Under the pieces are notes generated by a model, which searched no databases, was not told where the DNA came from, and saw nothing but the letters and a program-made list of their open reading frames with translations. Positions 28,564-39,137 of a stretch of 64,000 bases of DNA are shown here, one piece after another. The stretch lies in assembly GCF_024223415.1 (NCBI RefSeq), contig NZ_CP100500.1; one strand, given 5' to 3'. Position 1 is the first letter of the stretch, and each line of letters begins with the position of its first letter. A program made the translations under genes and the position numbers. The DNA comes from Escherichia coli (GTDB lineage Bacteria; Pseudomonadota; Gammaproteobacteria; Enterobacterales; Enterobacteriaceae).

Positions 28564-29846
28564 TAAGCACCTCCAAGCGTCGCAAATGCAGGACCAAAGA
28601 ATTCATCAGTAAACGTCTGGTAAAGTTCCATATCCTCAAGCGGCGGAACGGGCGTGTACTTGTAGCGGATACGCACGCGTCCCTGACGAAGTTCCGTGGT
28701 GCTGTTATCCACCACGTCATACCAGCACTCCGCACCAACGAGACGTCCTGACGTAACCAGCGCATCCAGTTTTGCGCGAATTGCGCTTAACACGTCTTTC
28801 ACATTAGCAGGGGTCAGCGGGGCATCAATCGTTTCAAACTGCGCTTCCGCAACAGAATCAGCCAGCACCTGAGCGGTTCGCGTGTACACCTCAAAGATAT
28901 ACGCCTTCGTTTCCGGCGTACGGTTGCCCCAGAAGCGGAAACCGTTACGGCGAATGATGGTGGTGATTTCCTTGTTGTTGAGATTGTTGGCATCGCTGTC
29001 TTCGGACTGAAGGGACCAGAACACCGGGCTGGAAATACCCAGCACATTTCTTACCGGCACGTTGGACAGCGATTTATGCCAGCCCTGTTCGTGGTCAATA
29101 CGTGCACGTAAACCGCAGGCGTACGCCGCAGCCGGGAAGACCTCATTAGCGCCGGATTTCGGGTTATGGGCGATGAAGTCAGGCCAGAGCAGCATAAGTT
29201 CGCGCTCGTTAAATCTGGCGCGGTAGCTGATTGCATCAGCGGGCTTCTTGCAGTTGTGACAGCCCGCGTAGACAAATGCGCGAAGTTTTTCTGCAATTAC
29301 ACACAGGGATTTTGTGACAGCTTCAGTATCCAGTCCGGGAGCTGCGATGATGCGCGGACGGTAACCGATGGCATCATCCTGTTCAGCTATCAGAAGTGCA
29401 TACATACCGGTATAATTACCGTCGCCATCCGTGCCACCAATGACATACTGGTCCTGCGTTTTGTGTGGGTATACAGGATGTGCATCTTCAGACTCATCAA
29501 TACCAAAAAATGCCCTGTCTTCAGGATCCAGATGACCGAATGATGTAACTCCTGTATCCGGGGCGCCCTGAGAACTGGCATCAGGAACGCGCACCACAAT
29601 CACCTTCGTGCTCACCTGGTCGGCGACAGCCTTAAGCGATTTGTAAAGCGTCCCCTTTGTGCCGGCCTTACCCAGCACATCACTGACGCGGGTCAGCAGT
29701 GTGGGTTTGTTCAGCGGGAACAGAGTTTCATCCGCGTCATCTGCCGTAGCCACAATACCAATAACACTGGAATCCACATCATTAATGGCGGTGGCAAGGC
29801 CGGTACTTTCCCTTACGCGCGCACCATGAAAGCGTGTTTCACTCAT
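28563..29846 (-). CDS. tail sheath protein (P2 gpFI-like; start at MSETRFHGARV)
   Basis: N-terminal region resembles the P2 FI N-terminus (HG..V.E...G......A.VG...TA.DAD...FPLNKP). Confidence 0.8.
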   Translation of the reverse strand: MSETRFHGARVRESTGLATAINDVDSSVIGIVATADDADETLFPLNKPTLLTRVSDVLGKAGTKGTLYKSLKAVADQVSTKVIVVRVPDASSQGAPDTGVTSFGHLDPEDRAFFGIDESEDAHPVYPHKTQDQYVIGGTDGDGNYTGMYALLIAEQDDAIGYRPRIIAAPGLDTEAVTKSLCVIAEKLRAFVYAGCHNCKKPADAISYRARFNERELMLLWPDFIAHNPKSGANEVFPAAAYACGLRARIDHEQGWHKSLSNVPVRNVLGISSPVFWSLQSEDSDANNLNNKEITTIIRRNGFRFWGNRTPETKAYIFEVYTRTAQVLADSVAEAQFETIDAPLTPANVKDVLSAIRAKLDALVTSGRLVGAECWYDVVDNSTTELRQGRVRIRYKYTPVPPLEDMELYQTFTDEFFGPAFATLGGA

Positions 29847-29922
29847 ATGTTTCACCCTTGTCTGGCTGGTTGATTTTGCGTAATCATTACCCACACACGC
29901 GGTAATCTCACCCCTTTGATGT

Positions 29923-29940
29923 TGTCTCCTGACAGCGACA
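29923..29940. promoter_or_regulatory. TGT-N12-ACA dyad (candidate Ogr site) between divergent FI and D genes
   Basis: TGTctcctgacagcgACA lies about 55 bp from plausible start sites for both FI (minus) and D (plus). Confidence 0.4.
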
Positions 29941-30007
29941 ACAAAACAGCCATTCAACGCCGCTACGGTGCATGAAACCATTACAGAACGCACCAGGAGA
30001 GAACACC

Positions 30008-31099
30008 ATGAAAGAGCTGTCAGTTACCGTTCCGTCACCGGATATCGACATCACCATCAACAACAACACACTGGCAAACCTCACAGAGCGACTCATGACG
30101 CTGTCACTGACCGACAACCGGGGCTTTGAGGCGGACCGCGTCACCCTGACCATTGACGACGCGGACGGGCAGCTTCAGCTGCCACAGCGCGGCGCACGCC
30201 TGAACGTGATGATTGGCTGGCGCGGGGAGGCGCTGGTTAACAAGGGTGTCTACATCGTTGATGAAGTGACGTGGGAAGGCCCGCCGGACAAACTGACCAT
30301 CACCGCCAGCAGCGCCGATTTTCGCGAAGAGTTCAACGTGAAGCGTGAAGTCTCCTGGCACGACGTGACGGTAAAACAGGTTGTGTCAGCCATCGCGCAC
30401 CGCTACGGCCTGAAAGCACAGATAAGCGATATCCTCATGGATATCGAAATTGACCACGCAGACCAGACCGAAGAGAGTGATATATCCTTCCTGACCCGCA
30501 TGGCTGAAATGCTGGGTGCGATTGCCACCGTAAAAAACGGCAGCCTGTTATTCATTCTGCCGGGTGGCGGAACCGGGCCGGACGGAAAAGCCCTGCCTTC
30601 GTTCGCCATTACCCGCAGCAGCGGCGACAGTCACCGCTTTCGCATTGCTGACCGTGATGCGTATACGGGGGTCCGGGCGCACTGGCTCGATCTGAAGTTC
30701 GGGCAAAAGAAAAAAGTGAACGTGAAGCGACGCAGGGAAGCCGGGAAACAGAAACAGGAGAAGAGCAGCAGCCGGGAAGGTGATTACATGGAAGGCGCGG
30801 AAGGTAACGTCTACGTTCTGCGCAGGACTTACCAGAATGAAGAAACCGCACGACGTGCAGCAGCTGCAAAGTGGCAGGAACTACAGCGGGGCGCGGCATC
30901 ATTCTCCATCACGCTGGCGCGCGGTCGTGCCGACCTGTACCCTGAAATGCACGGCAGGGTAACAGGTTTTAAAAGCGAGGTGGACAATCAGGACTGGATT
31001 ATTGCCAGGGTGGAGCACAGCATAGATGAAAGCGGCTTCACCACACAACTGGAGCTGGAAGCGAAAATCCCCGAATGGATAGCAGATTCAGGCGGATAA
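30008..31099 (+). CDS. tail/late control protein D (P2 gpD-like, 363 aa)
   Basis: AGGAGA Shine-Dalgarno; size and position just before ogr. Confidence 0.75.
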   Translation: MKELSVTVPSPDIDITINNNTLANLTERLMTLSLTDNRGFEADRVTLTIDDADGQLQLPQRGARLNVMIGWRGEALVNKGVYIVDEVTWEGPPDKLTITASSADFREEFNVKREVSWHDVTVKQVVSAIAHRYGLKAQISDILMDIEIDHADQTEESDISFLTRMAEMLGAIATVKNGSLLFILPGGGTGPDGKALPSFAITRSSGDSHRFRIADRDAYTGVRAHWLDLKFGQKKKVNVKRRREAGKQKQEKSSSREGDYMEGAEGNVYVLRRTYQNEETARRAAAAKWQELQRGAASFSITLARGRADLYPEMHGRVTGFKSEVDNQDWIIARVEHSIDESGFTTQLELEAKIPEWIADSGG

Positions 31100-31142
31100 A
31101 ATTAAAATGAGCCATCTCCACTCAGCCAGATAAGGAGAAGCC

Positions 31143-31394
31143 ATGTTCCGTTGTCCCCTGTGCGGTGCATCCGCACGTATCCGCACCAGTCGCAATGAAA
31201 ATGATTCAGGCACAGTTCGCCTGAAGTACTACCAGTGCAATAACCTCGAATGCGGGATCGGCTTTACCACACTGGAGGGTTTTAACAAATTCACATCAAA
31301 ACGCGCCCCGTCGCCGCAGGGTACAGAGCGGATACCGTGGGAAGATTTTCCGGGATCTCACAGGGGGAATGCTCAGATGAATCTTGATATTTAA
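31143..31394 (+). CDS. ogr: Ogr/Delta-family zinc-finger late transcription activator
   Basis: MFRCPLCGASARIRTSR...YYQCNNLECGIGF carries the CxxC...CxxC finger and N-terminal similarity to P2 Ogr. Confidence 0.85.
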   Translation: MFRCPLCGASARIRTSRNENDSGTVRLKYYQCNNLECGIGFTTLEGFNKFTSKRAPSPQGTERIPWEDFPGSHRGNAQMNLDI

Positions 31395-31399
31395 GAACA

Positions 31400-32405
31400 A
31401 TAATCAGGTTGAGAGGACATCATAAGGCAAGTAGATTAACGGCAGATACTTTCCCGCAACCACGGGCAAGTATTTAATTATCCATGATGAAATATGACCT
31501 AAATTGTTTTTTGCCCGCCGGAAAGCGGGCATTTTTTTATTCTTTTGTGGTTATGGGGTCATCAGGAACCACGTGCAGATTATATTTTTGTTTTTTTGGC
31601 GTTCCTCCGGCAGCAACGAGTTCATCAATAAGACACTGACACGCCTGAACATCCCGGGCATGTCTTAGTTTCACCTTTATTGATTTAACCTTATCCTCAC
31701 CGGAGGAGAAATGCAGTTCAATCTCAATATCGTTTCTTCGGAACAATCTCATACGCCCCCCTGAATATATCAGAAATGCTAGTATCGAAAAATGAGAAAA
31801 CAGTTAGACAGGAGAAACATATTAACACAAATCATTTATACCTATAGATGAAATTATAATTTCATTCATGAATATGATAGATAACTATATTGTGAACAAA
31901 ATGAAAAATGGCTAAATTAAAAATGGGCATGGAGGAATGCCTCGTAATCAGTAATACATGATCCATACTTCCTTGTTTTGCCCGCCGGAAAGCGGGCATT
32001 TTTTTGGCGGTTACCATCGCCTCACCTTCCTGGTTCACACAAAGCAACCCTGATTTTCCATGAAAACTTCAGGGTTGAGCCAAAAGCACAAAGACAGTAG
32101 ATTAACCAAGGGTACCCGCCACCTGCCAACAGGAACGGTATCCAGTACGTATTAATGACTGACAATTCACATTGCTGTTTTGCCCGCCAGAAGGTGGGCA
32201 TTTTTTTGGCAGTTATCATGGACGCACCTTCATGACACATATTAAGCAGACCTGATTTTTCCATGAAAAATTCATGGTTGAGACAAAAGCACAAAAACAG
32301 TAGATTAACCACGGGTGCCTGCCACCTGACAACAGGAAGGGGTGTCCATTATCCATGATATACAAACGAAAAGTCTTGTCTTTTGCCCGCCGTTGCGCGG
32401 GCTTT
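31400..32405 (+). repeat. array of four related modules, each a promoter-like TTGAGA/TTGTGA-N17-TAGATT/TAAATT plus an intrinsic terminator (GCCCGCC...GCGGGC + T-run)
   Basis: Terminator hairpins at about 31512, 31978, 32181 and 32384; units 32000-32200 and 32200-32405 are about 200-bp paralogues sharing sequence with the unit just after ogr. Confidence 0.6.
31537..31752 (-). CDS. hypothetical small protein (71 aa) inside the repeat/att region
   Basis: ORF with weak G-rich Shine-Dalgarno; may be a remnant. Confidence 0.25.
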   Translation of the reverse strand: MRLFRRNDIEIELHFSSGEDKVKSIKVKLRHARDVQACQCLIDELVAAGGTPKKQKYNLHVVPDDPITTKE

Positions 32406-32440
32406 TTTTTTGCCACCCTCACCAGTGAGGGTACCATCAT

Positions 32441-32659
32441 TCAGAGGCGCGTAAGCCACCCGGCGTTAACATCCTGCCCGTCAACCCTGACCGCAGAGTC
32501 TGAACGGCAGGCACCGGAAGCAGTACCAAAAACACCTCTGACAAGTTCCGCCACCTTCCCGATATCATCAGGCGCCACATTCCTCACCTCGACAGTGATC
32601 CGTGGCGTACCATCATCGTTAACAAGCGTGGCTTTAAGGCTGGTACGACGGGCAAATAA
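32441..32659 (-). CDS. hypothetical small protein (72 aa)
   Basis: GGGAGGGGG Shine-Dalgarno before ATG; followed by a bidirectional terminator around 32722-32755. Confidence 0.35.
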   Translation of the reverse strand, partial: LFARRTSLKATLVNDDGTPRITVEVRNVAPDDIGKVAELVRGVFGTASGACRSDSAVRVDGQDVNAGWLTRL

Positions 32660-32819
32660 CATCAACACCCCCTCCCTTCGGTTCGTTGCACTGGCAGCAC
32701 GATACCACCAGGAAAAAGAAAAGCCCACAACGTCAGGATTGCGGGCTTTTTTTCTTCAAAAATGGACACTACGTGGACACTGATTAAATAATCCTTTCTT
32801 AATCAGACTGTTAAAATGC

Positions 32820-32850
32820 TTGACCTTCCCCTTGCTGGAAGGTTTAACCT
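32820..32850 (+). promoter_or_regulatory. copA promoter with CueR (MerR-type) operator dyad
   Basis: CTTGACCTTCCCCTTGCTGGAAGGTTTAACC: -35 TTGACC, inverted repeat CCTTCC...GGAAGG in a long spacer, as known for PcopA. Confidence 0.7.
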
Positions 32851-32889
32851 TTATCACAGCCAGTCAAAACTGTCTTAAAGGAGTGTTTT

Positions 32890-35394
32890 ATGTCACAAAC
32901 TATCGACCTGACCCTGGACGGCCTGTCCTGCGGTCACTGCGTTAAACGCGTGAAAGAAAGTCTCGAACAGCGCCCGGATGTGGAACAAGCGGATGTGTCT
33001 ATCACTGAAGCGCACGTTACCGGGACTGCCAGTGCAGAACAGCTGATCGAAACCATCAAACAAGCGGGTTATGACGCATCTGTAAGCCACCCAAAGGCTA
33101 AACCGCTGGCGGAGTCATCAATCCCGTCGGAAGCACTGACAGCGGTTTCTGAGGCGCTTCCGGCAGCGACCGCCGATGACGATGACAGCCAGCAGTTGCT
33201 GCTGAGCGGCATGAGCTGCGCCAGCTGTGTCACCCGCGTACAAAATGCGTTGCAAAGCGTACCGGGCGTCACTCAGGCACGGGTAAACCTGGCGGAGCGT
33301 ACTGCGCTGGTGATGGGCAGTGCCTCCCCACAAGATTTAGTGCAGGCGGTGGAAAAAGCGGGCTACGGTGCGGAAGCGATTGAAGATGACGCGAAACGCC
33401 GCGAGCGCCAGCAAGAAACCGCCGTCGCTACGATGAAGCGCTTCCGCTGGCAGGCAATTGTTGCATTGGCTGTGGGTATCCCGGTAATGGTCTGGGGGAT
33501 GATCGGCGATAACATGATGGTCACCGCTGACAACCGCAGCCTGTGGTTGGTTATCGGCCTGATAACCCTGGCAGTGATGGTTTTCGCCGGCGGCCATTTT
33601 TACCGCAGTGCATGGAAAAGCCTGCTGAACGGTGCAGCGACGATGGATACGCTGGTGGCGCTGGGTACTGGCGTGGCGTGGCTCTATTCGATGAGCGTCA
33701 ACCTGTGGCCGCAATGGTTCCCGATGGAAGCGCGACATCTTTATTACGAAGCCAGCGCGATGATTATCGGTCTGATTAATCTCGGCCATATGCTGGAAGC
33801 GCGCGCACGTCAGCGTTCTTCAAAGGCGCTGGAGAAATTACTCGATTTAACTCCGCCGACGGCGCGCCTGGTTACTGACGAAGGTGAAAAAAGCGTGCCG
33901 CTGGCGGAAGTTCAGCCAGGCATGCTACTGCGCCTGACGACGGGCGACCGCGTGCCAGTAGATGGCGAGATTACCCAGGGCGAAGCATGGCTGGATGAAG
34001 CGATGCTGACGGGCGAACCTATTCCGCAGCAAAAAGGCGAAGGCGATAGCGTCCATGCCGGTACAGTGGTACAGGACGGTAGCGTGCTGTTTCGCGCCAG
34101 TGCGGTTGGTAGCCATACCACGCTATCAAGGATCATTCGTATGGTGCGCCAGGCCCAGAGCAGTAAGCCAGAAATCGGTCAGCTGGCGGATAAAATCTCA
34201 GCCGTATTTGTGCCGGTAGTAGTGGTTATTGCGCTTGTCAGTGCGGCAATCTGGTATTTCTTTGGTCCGGCACCGCAGATTGTCTATACCCTGGTGATTG
34301 CCACCACGGTGCTGATTATTGCCTGCCCGTGTGCGCTGGGGCTGGCGACGCCGATGTCGATTATTTCCGGCGTCGGGCGGGCGGCTGAGTTTGGCGTGCT
34401 GGTGCGGGACGCCGACGCGCTGCAACGCGCCAGTACACTCGATACCGTCGTGTTCGATAAAACCGGGACGCTGACCGAAGGGAAGCCGCAGGTTGTCGCA
34501 GTGAAAACATTTGCTGATTTTGACGAAGCGCAGGCGCTGCGTCTGGCGGCGGCACTGGAACAAGGTTCCAGCCATCCGCTGGCACGGGCGATCCTCGATA
34601 AAGCAAGCGATATGCAGCTGCCGCAGGTCAACGGTTTCCGCACATTGCGCGGGCTGGGCGTGAGCGGTGAAGCTGAAGGTCATGCGTTATTGCTGGGCAA
34701 TCAGGCGCTGTTAAATGACCAGCAAGTTGATACTAAAGCGATTGAAGCAGATATTTCAGCTCAGGCATCGCAAGGGGCAACGCCTGTGCTGCTGGCGGTT
34801 GACGGGAAAGCGGTAGCCCTGCTGGCTGTACGCGATCCGTTGCGTAGTGATAGCGTGGCGGCGCTGCAACGTCTGCATAAAGCGGGATATCGTCTGGTGA
34901 TGTTGACCGGGGATAACCCAACCACCGCCAATGCGATCGCCAAAGAAGCAGGGATTGATGAGGTGATCGCCGGGGTGCTGCCGGACGGTAAAGCCGAAGC
35001 GATTAAACGCCTGCAAAGTGAAGGACGTCAGGTGGCAATGGTGGGCGACGGCATTAACGACGCGCCAGCGCTGGCTCAGGCGGATGTCGGCATTGCGATG
35101 GGTGGCGGCAGTGATGTTGCTATTGAAACCGCGGCGATTACCCTGATGCGCCATAGCCTGATGGGTGTTGCGGATGCGCTCGCTATTTCCCGCGCAACGC
35201 TGCGCAACATGAAGCAGAACCTGCTCGGCGCGTTTATCTACAACAGTATCGGTATTCCGGTTGCCGCCGGTATTTTGTGGCCGTTTACTGGAACACTGCT
35301 TAACCCGGTGGTTGCCGGAGCGGCAATGGCGCTCTCGTCGATTACCGTAGTGAGTAACGCCAACCGGTTGCTGCGGTTTAAACCGAAGGAATAA
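32890..35394 (+). CDS. copA: Cu(I)-translocating P-type ATPase
   Basis: 834-aa ORF with two N-terminal CxxC metal-binding motifs (GLSCGHC, GMSCASC), CPC and DKTGT motifs. Confidence 0.95.
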   Translation: MSQTIDLTLDGLSCGHCVKRVKESLEQRPDVEQADVSITEAHVTGTASAEQLIETIKQAGYDASVSHPKAKPLAESSIPSEALTAVSEALPAATADDDDSQQLLLSGMSCASCVTRVQNALQSVPGVTQARVNLAERTALVMGSASPQDLVQAVEKAGYGAEAIEDDAKRRERQQETAVATMKRFRWQAIVALAVGIPVMVWGMIGDNMMVTADNRSLWLVIGLITLAVMVFAGGHFYRSAWKSLLNGAATMDTLVALGTGVAWLYSMSVNLWPQWFPMEARHLYYEASAMIIGLINLGHMLEARARQRSSKALEKLLDLTPPTARLVTDEGEKSVPLAEVQPGMLLRLTTGDRVPVDGEITQGEAWLDEAMLTGEPIPQQKGEGDSVHAGTVVQDGSVLFRASAVGSHTTLSRIIRMVRQAQSSKPEIGQLADKISAVFVPVVVVIALVSAAIWYFFGPAPQIVYTLVIATTVLIIACPCALGLATPMSIISGVGRAAEFGVLVRDADALQRASTLDTVVFDKTGTLTEGKPQVVAVKTFADFDEAQALRLAAALEQGSSHPLARAILDKASDMQLPQVNGFRTLRGLGVSGEAEGHALLLGNQALLNDQQVDTKAIEADISAQASQGATPVLLAVDGKAVALLAVRDPLRSDSVAALQRLHKAGYRLVMLTGDNPTTANAIAKEAGIDEVIAGVLPDGKAEAIKRLQSEGRQVAMVGDGINDAPALAQADVGIAMGGGSDVAIETAAITLMRHSLMGVADALAISRATLRNMKQNLLGAFIYNSIGIPVAAGILWPFTGTLLNPVVAGAAMALSSITVVSNANRLLRFKPKE

Positions 35395-35440
35395 GTACGT
35401 CATTGCGGATGCGCTGCTTTAGGGCGGCGCATTTGGCATC

Positions 35441-35524
<84 letters not shown>

Positions 35525-35772
35525 TGAACTGCACCCCAAATGTTGGACATAATCTGACATCTGAAGGTGCAGTTTATGAAACATTCATTTGAAGTAAAAC
35601 TGCCGCTGTAAATCATTACCTGGCCGGTCATGCAGGCATCATTTCTACGGCAAAACTCTTTCAACTTTCTCACACCAGCCTCTCACACTGGATTAATCTT
35701 TTTCTTCTTCACGGTCCTCAGGCACTGGATTGCAGACACAAGCGTAGCTATTCTCCTGAAGATAAACTTTGC

Positions 35773-36096
35773 GTGGTTCTTTATGCTCTCGGGCATTCTG
35801 AGTCTCTACCCCGGGTAGCTGCCCGGTTTAACATTCCCAGCCACAACATGGTTAAAAACTGGATAAAAGGCTACCGCAAATCTGGTAATGAGGCCTTTAT
35901 CAGGCGCAGGAAGGAGAAAAGCATGACCCGTTCTGATGATACCCATGAAAACGAGGCAAACATGACGCCGGAAGAGATGAAGAATGAGCTGCGTTATCTT
36001 CGCGCAGAAAATGCATATCTGAAAGCCATGCAGGAGCATCTCCTGGAAAAAAAGCGCCAGGAGCTGGAGAAAAAACGAAAGTCATCCAGAGCCTGA
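35773..36096 (+). pseudogene. IS3-family orfA (HTH/leucine-zipper part); N-terminus out of frame
   Basis: MKHSFEVKLPL (35586) stops before ...HYLAGHAGI... continues in another frame, consistent with a frameshift. Confidence 0.45.
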
Positions 36097-36200
36097 AGTG
36101 CGGACACTGCCAGTCTGACCTGTTAAAGGCTGCAGGGCTGGCCAGAAGCACGCTGTACTACCAGCTGTCACTGCAGAAGGCTAAGGACAAGTATGCTGAT

Positions 36201-36955
<755 letters not shown>

Positions 36956-37125
36956 GTAAGCGTCGCATCAGGCAATGGTACTCGGATGCCGGATGCGGCG
37001 TGAACGCCTTATCCGGCCTACGGTTCAGGCACAGGTTTGTAGGCCTGATAAGACGCGTAAGCGTCGCATCAGGCAATGGTGCTCGGATGCCGGATGCGGC
37101 GTGAACGCCTTATCCGGCCTACGAG
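36956..37125. repeat. REP (BIME) cluster, right side of IS insertion
   Basis: Repeated GCCGGATGCGGCGTGAACGCCTTATCCGGCCTAC units. Confidence 0.6.
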
Positions 37126-37144
37126 ATGAAGCGATGTTTTGGCC

Positions 37145-37486
37145 TTACGCGACCTTTTTTGCACGCTCTTCACGGCGTGCCAAATATTCAGCCACTGTTT
37201 CAATCCGTCCCAATTCTTCCTGGGTACGCATGTTGTTTTCAACTTCCCAAAGATCAACTGCCGCCTGGAGGTTTAGCCAAAAATCGACTGTGGTATCAAA
37301 AACTTTCGCCAGACGGAATGCCATTTCAGTGGTGAGTTTACGATTATTATTGATCAGTGTACTGACGCTATTACGATGAACATGCAGCAACTCTGCTAAC
37401 TCATTGATTTTCAAAGAGAGCGGTTCCAGATATTCATAGAGAAGAATATCTCCGGGTGTCGTCGGTTTTCTTGTTGCCTGTTTCAT
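37145..37486 (-). CDS. ybaQ: HTH-type transcriptional regulator (HigA-like)
   Basis: Matches recalled K-12 YbaQ (MKQATRKPTTPGDILLYEYLEPL...); conserved synteny next to copA. Confidence 0.8.
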   Translation of the reverse strand: MKQATRKPTTPGDILLYEYLEPLSLKINELAELLHVHRNSVSTLINNNRKLTTEMAFRLAKVFDTTVDFWLNLQAAVDLWEVENNMRTQEELGRIETVAEYLARREERAKKVA

Positions 37487-37623
37487 AGTTTTTAACTGTT
37501 GCTTCCCTGTGAATAGCGATACAAGAACATACTGAATCATACAAACACATTAAACAAGTCCCCAACTCCATTTGCGCCATCCCTCCCCGCGCGCTAGCAT
37601 GATATTTCACAAAGGGAGGTCGT

Positions 37624-38418
37624 ATGGATCTGTTGTACCGGGTAAAAACGCTTTGGGCCGCGCTGCGCGGTAATCATTACTCCTGGCCTGCCATCGATAT
37701 CACCCTCCCCGGCAATCGCCATTTTCATCTGATTGGCAGTATTCATATGGGTAGCCACGATATGGCTCCCCTGCCCGCCCGTTTGCTCAAAAAGCTCAAA
37801 AACGCCGATGCGCTGATCGTCGAGGCGGATGTTTCCACCAACGATACGCCTTTTGCTAATTTGCCTGCCTGCGAGGCGCTGGAAGAGCGCATTAGCGAGG
37901 AGCAACTCCAAAAACTGCAGCACATTAGCCAGGAGATGGGCATTTCTCCCTCACTCTTTTCTACCCAACCGCTGTGGCAAATCGCGATGGTTCTTCAGGC
38001 GACGCAGGCACAAAAACTGGGGCTGCGGGCAGAATACGGTATCGATTACCAGCTATTGCAGGCGGCGAAGCAACAACATAAACCCGTGATTGAACTGGAA
38101 GGGGCGGAAAACCAGATTGCCATGTTGCTCCAGCTCCCTGACAAAGGACTGGCGCTGCTGGACGATACGCTGACCCACTGGCATACCAACGCACGGTTGC
38201 TGCAACAAATGATGAGCTGGTGGCTGAATGCGCCGCCGCAAAATAATGAAATAACGCTGCCCAATACGTTCAGTCAGTCGCTGTACGATGTGCTGATGCA
38301 TCAGCGAAATCTCGCCTGGCGGGATAAATTACGCGCCATGCCGCCGGGGCGATATGTGGTCGCGGTCGGTGCACTACACCTGTATGGAGAAGGGAATTTG
38401 CCGCAAATGTTGCGCTAA
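37624..38418 (+). CDS. ybaP: TraB-family protein
   Basis: 264-aa ORF in conserved K-12 position. Confidence 0.85.
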   Translation: MDLLYRVKTLWAALRGNHYSWPAIDITLPGNRHFHLIGSIHMGSHDMAPLPARLLKKLKNADALIVEADVSTNDTPFANLPACEALEERISEEQLQKLQHISQEMGISPSLFSTQPLWQIAMVLQATQAQKLGLRAEYGIDYQLLQAAKQQHKPVIELEGAENQIAMLLQLPDKGLALLDDTLTHWHTNARLLQQMMSWWLNAPPQNNEITLPNTFSQSLYDVLMHQRNLAWRDKLRAMPPGRYVVAVGALHLYGEGNLPQMLR

Positions 38419-38500
38419 AAAAATGGCCAATATCGCTATTGGCCCGTCAAAGAGGAATTTCATTTTTTTATTATTATGCCGTCACTTTAAGCGACGGTGT
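38417..38500 (-). ncRNA. chiX: ChiX (MicM/SroB) small RNA
   Basis: Minus-strand sequence ACACCGTCGCTTAAAGTGACGGCATAATAATAAAAAAATGAAATTCCTCTTTGACGGGCCAATAGCGATATTGGCCATTTTTTT in the ybaP-ybaK intergenic region matches recalled ChiX with terminator. Confidence 0.65.
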
Positions 38501-38606
38501 AACTCGATTGTCGCTCAATCTCACCATCCTGCCAATACTCTTAGGCAAGATGACTCTTTTTTTTGGACCGCCATCAGGCGTATGCTTGCTTCGTTTTTTT
38601 GTTTAA

Positions 38607-39101
<495 letters not shown>

Positions 39102-39137
39102 GCATTGTGCCGGATGCGAACATCCGGCACTTTCGGA

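Larger units (their letters stand above)
1..32405. mobile_element. P2/186-family prophage, right ~32 kb including the ogr-proximal end; int/repressor end lies left of the window
   Basis: Full colinear set of P2-like genes (A, Q, P, O, N, M, L, X, lysis, R, S, V, W, J, I, H, G, FI, FII, E, T, U, D, ogr) recognised from translated ORFs; host copA promoter begins about 32.8 kb. Confidence 0.85.

Noticed and set aside
31400-32405. CRISPR array
   Set aside because: Repeat units are about 200 bp with promoter-like and terminator elements, not short direct repeats separated by unique spacers; no cas genes present.
32022-32440. Overlapping 96-aa and 74-aa minus-strand ORFs across the repeat array
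   Set aside because: Their similarity is explained by the DNA repeats; no start signals.
35630-35818. 62-aa ORF inside the IS element
   Set aside because: Alternative-frame segment of the disrupted orfA region rather than an independent gene.
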